Positions 53,935 to 64,000 of a DNA stretch of 64,000 bases are shown here, in pieces. The position numbers were made by a program, and so were the translations under genes. How positions within the stretch are numbered: the first letter of the stretch is position 1; every line of letters starts with the position of its first letter. The notes under the pieces were generated by a model that did not search any database, was not told where the DNA came from, and was given only the letters and a program-made list of their open reading frames with translations. Where the stretch lies: contig RDEW01000002.1 of the NCBI GenBank assembly GCA_011109175.1, positions 996,676 to 1,060,675 of the forward strand. Reading direction: 5' to 3'. Source of the DNA: Dicyema japonicum (taxonomy: Eukaryota > Animalia > Dicyemida).

Positions 53935-54159
53935 TTAATTGCAACTGTCTTGAAAGCTATCGAAGATTCTGGTTTTCTTTTCTTCTTGACTAAAACCGGA
54001 TGGTGTAAGAACTATGCCATGGATCCGAGTGAGGTATCTTGCTTGGGATTCAACGTGCACGGACACTTTCTCTAATGGGAATTTGATTAAGTCATCGTTG
54101 CACGAGGGTTCAGCAGCGAGCACTGATAAATATATAAAAAGGAAAAAGCACAACGGCAT
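53935..54159 (-). CDS. Putative small secreted orphan protein (74 aa) with an HVESQ motif
   Basis: MPLCFFLFIYLSVLAAEP is signal-peptide-like. Nucleotide homology to 57242-57266 and 60622-60682. Confidence 0.4.
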   Translation of the reverse strand: MPLCFFLFIYLSVLAAEPSCNDDLIKFPLEKVSVHVESQARYLTRIHGIVLTPSGFSQEEKKTRIFDSFQDSCN

Positions 54160-54779
54160 CGTGTCCCTTTCGTTTTCCAGCCGACCTACATTGAAATGTC
54201 TGCCGTTTTGCCCGAGCATTCAGTCAAGACAAAATAGAATGGACACAACCCACGACACCAGTATTGAAAAGAATCAAACAACACTTGATTTCGTTCATCA
54301 GGCAGATATCATAATAGACCACTACGTAAAAGTGAGTCACATCAACATGAGAAAGTTCCCCCATCCATGCAAATTGGAAAACGTTCAGACTCCTCAAAGG
54401 GAAACCGATTGTAATCAGCTGATATTGAAAACCTTATCAAAAACGCAAAAAACTCTCTGCATTCTCTATTGAAAGTATCTGGGAATGCAGGGAAATAAGC
54501 AATCACAAATATATTTATGCCACCATCAGCATCTGCTTAATTCCTGCACTTAAGAAAATAATCCCAATCCTGAAGCCAAAAAGATCTTTCGGATCCAGGA
54601 TCTATAAGACCAATTTTACTTGTAAAAAATGGTAAATCAAAGAAAATGAAAATATGATGAAAACAACATAAAATAGATAATTGCGTTGATTTGAGGTAAT
54701 TTATAATTTTTTAACTAAAAATAAACAATCAGCCAAGAGTAATATAGTAGCCTATCTGACTGCGTGGTTATTCTCTCTC

Positions 54780-55300
54780 AAGATGCCGATCGAGAATCAC
54801 TCGAATAGCCAGCAGCGCTCACGGAGATCTATGCAATTACTTAAAAATTGTAGAATGAATAACGATGCCAATAAAAAAGATCCCTTTGTTCCTCGATCAA
54901 TATTTGGAAGCATTGGATCTCCTGTACAGCTGGCGGTGGTTACTTCCACCTCCTGTCTGTAAAACTCTCTCAGTTCACAGTTGCGCACTCGAAGTATTGC
55001 ACTGCCATTCCTGCTTCGAACTGTTTAAAAAGATTCCTCACGTTGCACGAGTTTCGATTATGAATGGACTTATAATCTGTTCTACGTCTAGTTTCCGAAC
55101 ACCATTCTTCAAGGACTGTCCCAGTAAGGTTCCCAAAGGCCGATGCTATTCAATACAATCGACAATGCATCCCATCTAACTCAATAAAGGACTGGGTTGT
55201 CTGTTCATAAAGAACAACATCTGCACTTTCAGAAATGGGATTCACTTCCAGATTATCCTATTTGCAATAAAATACTGGAAACTCAGAGTTCGAATCGTGA
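54780..55300 (-). mobile_element. CRE-like 3' fragment; homologous to 12880-13420
   Basis: DLRERCWLFE terminal motif and nucleotide similarity to the 12880 copy. Confidence 0.55.
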
Positions 55301-56099
55301 AAAAGAAGCTCTCCGCCTCGAAAGGATCGTTTGTCCTAAATTACTAGAAAGAAGAACCCGTGCTGCCCTTAAGTAACCAAAAGAACCACACAAACCTACC
55401 TGACTTCTCTGTCTGTCGGAGACCAAGCATGCCGCACTTGTTTTATCACCTAGAACACGTAAAAGCTTTAATCACTGGAAAAGATATTGAATTTTTAAAA
55501 AATTTAAATCAAACTATGACAAATATGACTTCATTAATACTGAAAAACCACATACTATTCATGAGTTTTGTATTCATACTTAACGAAATTCTTACCAATA
55601 CAGGTTTTTCTTTATTTTATATAATAATCCTCATCCATGTTGTACCTCCCCGTTTATAATTGCTTGCAATTCTACAATATTACGCAAAGGGAATCTTCCT
55701 AATTAATTCCAGTCAGTGCCAAGAAGAATGTCGGAAGATCTCGAGCAATATTTAAGAGACATTTCGACTTAGTTTGAATTTTTATTTATAATATTATTAA
55801 AATTCGACACAACAAAATTTTCAAATTTCAGCGTCTTTAAATCTTCCAACTCCCATTCCATACCGTCCACTTATGCTAAAACGTCTATTCTCTCCTGAGA
55901 CTACAGTTGACTATGTGCCGATTCCGGATCTATTACAAATGATATGGGAGATAGGGAGTCTCCTTGTAGTTCTGAATAGTTTCGATAATACTTTCCATCC
56001 TCTGACTGAGATGAGGCACCCTCACATGTTACGTCTATTTGAAGAGAAAACTCACACATAACCATCTGAAACAACAAGACTTGCGTAAAACAGATTACT

Positions 56100-56400
56100 A
56101 CCAAAAAAGTAAAATTATTGGCAAGAAACCATTGGAATTAAACAAAATTATTAATTGAAAAAGTTATAAAATAGTTGAAAACCATGTTTACTTCGGAAAA
56201 AAGGTTGGGGAAAAAGACTGTCACCTTAAAATTGGACAACATTGAAATCCCTTTCAGCAAATGTCAGAAGATCCTGGGCGTGACACTGGATACGCACTTA
56301 TGTCTGTCACCACACGTGGCAAACATTGTTGTGAAGTGCGATAAGAAAATCAATGTATTTCCAGAAAGTGTAAACAGTTTATTTGGAGACTCTCCCCGTT
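56100..56400 (+). mobile_element. Jockey/I-like RT fragment
   Basis: KCQKILGVTLDTHLCLSPHV, homologous to 58431-58600. Confidence 0.65.
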
Positions 56401-57899
56401 GTTAGTTTTCGAGTCGCTAAAAAATTAATCGTGATTTCATGGCTAACGTGACAGAAATCAAAAATTTTCACTTTTCTAAGTTATTTTCAAAATTCGATAC
56501 TTAATTTCATCGAAGGACGAAAAAACAGGAGAGTCGGGGGATAGTTAAAAGATTTAATCAGACGATTTCAGTAATATCCAAGAATTTCAATTGGTCCTTT
56601 CGGATACCAGTAACAAGGTTTCCTTGAATTCTTGGATTAATGTTCGAAAGACTGTTGAATTTAAACTCCCATACGAAGAAAGAGTTAAATTAAAGGCCTG
56701 CATGAATGATCACGAGTGAAACTATAATAACGATGGTGATATAGGGGTTCTTTACTCAAATAAAATCTTGTATTGCACGTTGTGTAGTTTGTATGTAAAG
56801 ACATTAATCAATATGCTGATGAATATTTTAAAAGATGTCGAAAGACGATGGTTTTACAAATCGTATACAAAGATCGTCACAGAAAATCGATGTATCAAAT
56901 ATTTCTTTGAAAAGGCGACAGAGGAAATTTATCAAAGAAACATTTTTCTCAGTAAAAATTATGAAATTTTCTAATCTCAATAAAATTATTGCAGAATGTG
57001 GGTAGTCCAAGACCAAACAATCGGATCCCAACTCAACTGTATTCTCTTACCCTTTAACCTGCATTAACTGAACACATTGATGCTTGTGTTTATCGTGTTA
57101 GAGAATATCTGAATGACAGATCTAAATGATTATGTGATTCAAGTAAATAATAATTCTAAATGAGGAGCCTAAAATTATAGAGTTGTCCAATAATCTCAAA
57201 TCCCAACAAAAAGAGTTTCCAATTTTAATGAGTAAGTCCTCCTATTCCATGCACGTTGAATCCCAATATCTTTTCGAAAATGTAGCAGCATAGTCCGACA
57301 ATGATATTAAAAAATTAAATGTCCAGCCAGAGATCGCAAAAAATAGAGAACAAATTATCATATATAATAAAGTGTGTCATATAAAAGTGGAGGTTTAGTA
57401 GTGTATACATTACTACCCCGGAGTCATTATCGACCCCAGGCGGTGTGCTTCAAAAAAGTCCAAACATTCCGGAGAAAACCCTCAGCTCACTGTGGAGAAA
57501 GGAAATTTACAAAATGGATATTAAATATGTGAAAATAATAAATCATCTGTTTGAGACAAATCAAATAGTGGAGAATAATCCATAATTAAGAATTACCAAA
57601 ATACATACATAATACAGTTTGATAACAGCATTCGACACCATTTGATAAATCCACCAGTATATATACAATAATGAAGAAATACTACAGAAAAATCACACAG
57701 AAACAAAATCCAACCAAAACAAAGTGGCAACCACACTCTGAATAATTCGCTAATGTGATAAAGGGTTCGCCATGTTAAAAAATGATTTTAGTAATAAATG
57801 AATATTAAGTTAAATAATAAGTTGAGGCCTAGTGATTTTATTTTACTAAAAAATCTTGGAGACGGGGGAGTCACTTTTCTAACGATTATTCGATTAACC

Positions 57900-58945
57900 A
57901 TAAAAATGAGAGATCCACGTCTACATACCTACAAACATTGACCGACTTCATTCGAGTCGGATTCACAATCAAGCCGAGACACTTTAACCCAGTGCTCTGC
58001 TCGATTAACATACATAAAGTTTTTGACTCAGTTTAGAGAAAGATTCTATCGAGAAAAATATTCAATCGGAGATCCCAGAAAAGCTAAAGCTTTAGATCAC
58101 TAACTTCTTAAGTAGACGAAGGGGACGTGTTTGCCTCGGAGGTCTGAAATCAATCTCACGGCTCCTGTCAAACGGAGTCCCTCAAGGATCTCCTTTATCC
58201 CCTGCTCTGTTTAACTTCTTTCTGGCTGATCTCCCGACTCTTGAATCTGATAATGATGTTCTACTTTCCTATGCGGATGATATTGTGTTGGCTTTGCGAG
58301 ATCATGACATCCAGGAGGCCACAGAAAGAATACAAATTAACCTGGACATACTTAATGCCTGGATAATGGAAAACCAGCTCGTGGTGAATGCAAAAAAGTC
58401 GTCTAGTCACTATTTACCTCTGACAAAAGATTGGGAAGGAAGACAGTCACCTTGAAGTTAAACAAGGTCGGCATCCCTTTTATCAAATGTCAAAAGACCT
58501 TGGGTGTGACAATTGATATGCATCTCTGTTTGACACTACACGTAGAAAACATTCTATTGAAATGCGAGAAGAAACTGAACGTATTGATAAGTTTATCGGG
58601 AATATGGAAGAGTGGTACTCACCCAGTCTTGATGAACGTATACAGACAATACATCGAGCCATGTTTCTCATATGCATACGCCTCGTGGGGTCCGTCCATA
58701 TCTTGGACAAATATGAGGAAAATTGAGAAAATGCAAAAAAGGGCTTACAGAGTAACGGAGCGTTGGATTTGTGAAAATCACCGAACCGAACTTACCCCTC
58801 TGGAGGCCCTTATGAGACTAGACTATAGATAACAGGAATGTGGCCCTGAAAATTCAGGCGGCCTGTACGAAGGAAGAACACCAGGCAAAGATGAGGTCTC
58901 TGTTAGAATGCTTTGAGATCACGTGATAATTAGTTTGGTTTTACC
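57900..58945 (+). mobile_element. 5'-truncated jockey/I-like LINE with its 3' end
   Basis: GVPQGSPLSPALFNFFL, SYADDI, KTLGVTID, YAYASWGP. Terminal GAGATCACGTGATAATTAGTTTGG. Confidence 0.8.
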
Positions 58946-59189
58946 AAAAAAATAAGGCCCCTTCTTCTTATCGACCATCCCTATTATGCACATTGTCAAA
59001 AATTCTTGAGAAAATGGTTTCGGACTGGATATTTCCATATTTACCTAAAGTTGGGGAACGAAACTTGGCAAAACAAACATGGATTAGATCATCTCCCTCG
59101 ATCCAGTATGACCAAAACAATTTCTCAAATCACATGACTACCAATAAAGCAACCCTATTCTAGGTCCTTGTGAGGAAGTCTAGAGGCAT

Positions 59190-59479
59190 TTTTATAGCCT
59201 TTTTACGAGAGCCATAATATTTATAGCTCCGCATAGGCAGAACACACACTTTATTTAAGTAAAGAACAGTTAATTTTAACTAATCGTAGAACAAAGGAAT
59301 GATCTTCACTACTTTTTTTTGTGTGTTGGTCCTTTCTAGACAATTCAGTTCCTCAGTCAGTATCCACTGATGGCGGCGTCACTCGTCAAACCCTTTTGGC
59401 ATCGTAGATGCGTGGAACCTTCCACCAGGTGAACAGCATCGAGAATCGAACCCGTAACCTAACCACTATGCCACCCGGC
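59190..59479 (-). mobile_element. tRNA-derived SINE (subfamily A) with TSD
   Basis: Close copy of 10849-11171 with a deletion between the A and B boxes. TSD TAGAGGCAT at 59181-59189 and 59480-59488. Confidence 0.9.
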
Positions 59480-59643
59480 TAGAGGCATATTAACCCAAAA
59501 CGGAAAACCGCCAGAAGAACGGTGTTATCTAAAATGTGTCTGTTCCGATAACAACACCGGGAAAAGATGAGAATATTGCTAAGAGAAGCCGGGATCACCT
59601 GATGGCTTTCTCCTTTTAGTTAGAGTTTACCTAGTAATATGAT

Positions 59644-59925
59644 GGTGCTGCAGTGTAACGAGTGCAGGGCAAAAGGTCTCAAAGCCCCTAGTTCGAATCT
59701 CGCTGCTGTATATTCCGGTTGAAGGTTCCACGCATCTTTGACTTGACAAGTGACGCCGTCATTAGTGAACATCTCACAGCGGAACCGGATCGTCTACAAA
59801 CGGACTCACATCCAACAAAAATAAAAAAGAAGTGAAGATCATTCCTTATTCTCCATCATCGATTAGTTATGGCACTGTTCTTTAATTAAAATCAAGTGTA
59901 TGTCTTGCCTGGGGTGGTTGGCACT
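59644..59925 (+). mobile_element. tRNA-derived SINE (subfamily B)
   Basis: GGTGCTGCAGTGTAACGAG head, AGTTCGAATCTC B-box, shared central domain. Confidence 0.85.
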
Positions 59926-60479
59926 TCTCTAATAATGTCTATGTCTTTATCGTACTCTCCCAGTCTGTCTAGTCTACCATCGTTTACGATTGTAACTTTC
60001 AACATCAGATGACTCGGTTCGAACACTAAGCAGGAGACCTTATGTGTGGATCGATAGAACGGGTGGTGAAGAGCGCGGCACAAGTAGAACCCTAAGTATT
60101 CATATGCTTATGGCTAAAGCGGATGTGCATTTAACTAACCAGTAGAATGAATCAATGCTTTTTTATGTTTTTTTCTATCTTACTTCGTTAAATTAGGGTC
60201 GCGTGATCCATTTGTTTCAGGAGGCGTCTCGTGCCAGGACCGTTTCAAAAAAATTATTTGTTCTCCCCTACTCCACTGGTTATATCTAGTTGGGTTTCCA
60301 CATGTGAATGGATATTTGCACGTGTGAGAACTTTTATTAGAAATTACAAGATTAAAGTTTTTGAAATTAACAGTAAAGGTCGTTCAATATCTGAAAGTTG
60401 TCAAAGTCATCGAAAATTTTTTCTGAGCACAGTCTTATTATCTGTTTTCTATAGGACCTAGGATCCATGTAGGTATGAC

Positions 60480-60720
60480 GGACATCTGTGCAAGTCTAAA
60501 TCGTCAAGATATTGTCCAAGTACTGGTAAATCCTCATAACTTGTATCTCTTAAGGCACTAGGAAAGTGCAACAGGCCATGATTGCATCAAAGCCAAGATG
60601 TTCAAAGAAGACCCGTAAATTCTATTCCATGCACGTTGAATCCCAAACAAGACACCTCCATCGCCTCCATGGCAAATTAATTATAACATATATTCCCATG
60701 CAAATGTTCAACAGTGAAGC
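60480..60720 (+). other. Cys-containing coding-like segment of the HVESQ family, with a candidate 29-nt intron
   Basis: DPCRYDGHLCKSKSSRYCPST / intron GTAAATCC...CTTAAG / TRKVQQ...SMHVESQTRHLHRLHG. No complete gene model could be built. Confidence 0.3.
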
Positions 60721-61605
60721 TTGTTAGACTTGTTTTATGGTATCACGGATCATCTTCCGTTTCCCTACGCTTGCTGTAAAAGTGTACAAAATTAAGTTAT
60801 TTTTGAGATTTTACTTTTTGTAGGATAAGTGACGATCTGCTAAGGGAATTTGCGATAGATGTTGATATCAGATTCCGCTAAAATCAGAGGATAGTTAAAG
60901 ACGTTGATCTTCCAAGAAACCCACTTGGGAAAAGGTTATCCATGCGGAAGAATCCCTAGCAGTTCTGAAGAAGGAAACCTCAATTGAGTTTCCCCCATAA
61001 ATTCAAGAATACACTTCTGGAAGACGGTTGGATTAATCGAAGAGACTCTGGAAATTACTGGGATCAGGATTGGTCGAATATGTAAACTATGGATTCAGAT
61101 GACAACTTAGACGGGACTTTAACACTACCGCTGTTCTCCCTTCTAAAAGTGGTCTATCGAAAACCACACCTTTCACGTTTAATTTGTTCCTTTTCTTTAC
61201 TATCCAGTTGACTGTACAGGCGATAAGCCCTCGACATCACTAGTCATTTTTCCAACTGTGGACGTAATCCCTTCCCAAAAAGTTCCTATCGTCGATTTAA
61301 TCTCCAAAATCACATTTAAAGATAAAATAAAAAATCTATTTAGGAACCAGCCCACGTGGTTCCTTGATAATAATGTATTTAAAAGAACGCCATTACTTAT
61401 TATTTTAACTAACCATCCACATCACTGGCAATCACTCTCCTTTTAGAAAGTCTAAACCAACTCATCCTTTTCCCTCTCCACATTGGAACCACTCACTTAT
61501 CTTCCAGCATCCAATGTGATATTCTCACAATTAACACAATATATTCAAAAAGACTGCCTATTCGAGAATACAAGATCAAAGACATTTAAAATTAATAAAT
61601 TAGTG

Positions 61606-61821
61606 TTAACATAAATTCTTTCCACTAACCATATTCACAGTGACCATGTAGGTTAGCTTCAGTCCCCGTTCAATAAAATTGATGAAACTTGCACAACCAG
61701 GAATACATACTCCGCATGGGCTCAACAAAACATACAAGAAGGCACAAAAGAAGGAGATTGGAAATACAAGCAAAAGCACTAAAAACCAAACAATACTTGA
61801 AAGAATCTTAGTATCAGCCAT
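61606..61821 (-). CDS. Small hydrophobic membrane protein (71 aa) of a conserved uncharacterised invertebrate family, loosely caveolin-like
   Basis: Uninterrupted ORF: S.VWFLVLLL..PISFFCA.LYVLLSPC.VC....F...GL.L......NMVSGK.LC, a pattern recalled from uncharacterised invertebrate proteins. Confidence 0.7.
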   Translation of the reverse strand: MADTKILSSIVWFLVLLLVFPISFFCAFLYVLLSPCGVCIPGCASFINFIERGLKLTYMVTVNMVSGKNLC

Positions 61822-62399
61822 CTGAAATTCAAATTATCGTAAATTTTATAATTATAGTAGATTATCGATAATACTCAATGATCACGCAGATAAGAATAAT
61901 GGACTGGGCTATTGATTTTATAAATAAATTTGAACAAATCTACTTGGCCTCTGATTTGACAACTAAAGTATCATTTTTACTTGATTTTTGAAAAACCAGA
62001 TCGACCCCCTTTGTCATTACAATCGATTTCATATGAAAATATAATTTTTATCGTATTTTAGAAAATTCGATTGTGTTTAAAAATCAATAGTCTCGAAGAC
62101 AAGTGCACACGGTTTTACTGAAGATAAGCAGTATGAGTTCATATACAAAGTGGTTTAATGCTCAGTTTATTATAAATTAAGTGGAAAGATAAAATTGTGA
62201 TTTACTCACATACTTTTCTTATAACAGATTGTCAAACACGAAACTTTTCGTTTATTCATGTTTGTTCTTGATTTATACTTTAAAAGGGAGAGTTGAAGGA
62301 AAATATTTTTAAGACATGTTCTAAAAAGCTGGAAGATCCTCGATAGTTCCTGTTATTTGCCTCTTCTTATTCACATACCCCCAGGGGAAAAGGAAAAAA

Positions 62400-63480
62400 A
62401 GTAGTCAAATCTATTGAGAAATAGAATATCGACAAATTCCCCTGGGACAATAGTGATTGAGTCGAAAGAACATCCCTACAGGAAAAAAAGTGAGAAACAA
62501 ACATCAGCAATTTCCGACATTAGGATTCTTTCGGAACAAAATTATACATTGAAGATACCTGATGAGTACCATACACATTCATTGAGCGACACTCTCTTCC
62601 ACCAAACGACTTGGAGAATCAGCTAACTTATTAAGATTTAAGAAATGGGGTCTTTTCTATCGCTTCAAGCAACAGTGGGGTGCTTGAAAGTCTCCGTCCA
62701 AGACATTTTGAGTTCACATTTCTCAGAACATGGGAATCTCTGGCATCCGCCATATCTGTGCTATCACAAAAATAATCAACAGAATACTTTCAAAGAAAAC
62801 CACAAAACAATTCCCCACATGTCTTTTCCCGAACTACTCGCTTTCGATACAAAGAGAATAGAAATACCCCCAATTACGGTTTTTCCGTCGCTTAGCCTCA
62901 AACTAGCGGAAAGAGCAATCCCTTCCACACTCATCAAACACTAGTAGCTTAGGAGTACACGCTTTTCGACATTGACTCTTAACAACAGGAATATTCCCTA
63001 TGTCACAATAGCATTTCTACTATTAATATCGTTGACTATGATAGGTGACTCCATCCTGTAATAATCAATTTGTAAATGGAATTATGTCATATGGGTGTTA
63101 TTCATTATCTCGGTCTTGAAGTGTTCATGGGTGGGAACCACTTGCCTCGTTGATCCGGCGCTGCTTCTAGCAAATGTCAGAGTTTTTCCTTTCCATTTGA
63201 GGCAAAGTCCACATCGTCAGCGTGCCGATTCCTATAACGTTATCTTTTCCAATACATACTCTCAACTTCATTTTGGAGAGAAGTCAAGTTGACTGAATCA
63301 TTGACCAGAAAACATTGAGTACTTCAATCAGTTTTCCGCGGTTACAATGTCGAATGCTCTGGTGAGAACATCCCTAGAATAGTTGTGGCACTTTGAAATC
63401 TTAGCTGAAGAGTCCGATGTTATCTATGGCTGCACACTATATCACCCATAGACCTCCAGATTCTTAAGACACTTTGACGT
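62400..63480 (-). mobile_element. Heavily decayed LINE (AP-endonuclease region)
   Basis: Minus strand has VLDGDFQAPH, resembling GDFNAHH, amid many stops. Confidence 0.4.
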
Positions 63481-63599
63481 TGTATGCTGACTTGATCCAA
63501 ATGAGAGACAATTTTTTAATAACCCCAGATATAACTAACACGTTTTCAAAGTGAGAGCAACCTTTATGTAATAACCTCAGATATACCGAAAAGAGGTTA

Positions 63600-63860
63600 A
63601 GAATAACAATAATTAAGTATATTTAGTTCCCACGGTGAAGTAAAACGGATCATGTCCAAGCATCAAGTCCATCCATATCCGCCATTGTAAGATCCATCCG
63701 GTTGAGTAGGGAAGAGAGTTTATGGATGCCGGCCAGGCACTGAGGATCTCCAGAGACTAGCAGAGCACATGATGCCTCTTTGATTTATTTATTTTATTAA
63801 CCCCAAAATCACGAGAAAGAGGATAAAAGTTATCGTCTAATTAAGTGATCCCGGTGTCCA
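63600..63860 (-). mobile_element. Jockey/I-like 3' end remnant
   Basis: CCGGGATCACTTAATTAG family motif on the minus strand at about 63838-63853. Confidence 0.4.
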
Positions 63861-64000
63861 TACCAGTCCTTTTCATGCGGGGTGTTTTGGAGTCCTGTTA
63901 GATTTTGAAGAGGACACAGAGCAGAGATGCATATTTGTAAATATTTATTGCCTCAGGATCACCAGTTAAAGTTTTAGTTAGTTAATTACCCAGACCTCAC

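Overview
Eukaryotic, AT-rich animal-type genomic DNA. It is not prokaryotic: no operons, CRISPR array, rRNA or intact tRNA gene were found. The ORF track is misleading because host genes are broken by GT-AG micro-introns of about 20-32 nt. Manual splicing recovers INCENP, an ATRX-like SNF2 helicase, an FKBP15-like gene, NSA2, a MYPT1/PPP1R12-like gene, DHX16/PRP2, three near-identical secreted C-type lectin genes, a small membrane protein and a few orphans. Micro-introns plus metazoan gene content suggest a miniaturised parasite such as a dicyemid or myxozoan (inference only). Almost all intergenic space is decayed mobile DNA: RTE-like, jockey/I-like, CRE-like and R4/Dong-like non-LTR retrotransposons, a tRNA-derived SINE family, and hAT, Ginger-like, Helitron and Tc1-like remnants. 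The main observations are (1) micro-introns with almost no splice-site consensus, (2) an INCENP IN-box lacking the TSS phospho-motif, (3) a triplicated lectin that lost its inner disulfide, (4) an R4-in-Ginger-in-R4 nest with visible TIRs and TSDs and a Ginger integrase carrying host-type micro-introns, (5) a twin-priming-like inversion in a CRE element, and (6) a SINE/RTE pair sharing a 3' hairpin tail. All family assignments come from motif recognition, not database searches. Coordinates of decayed elements are approximate.
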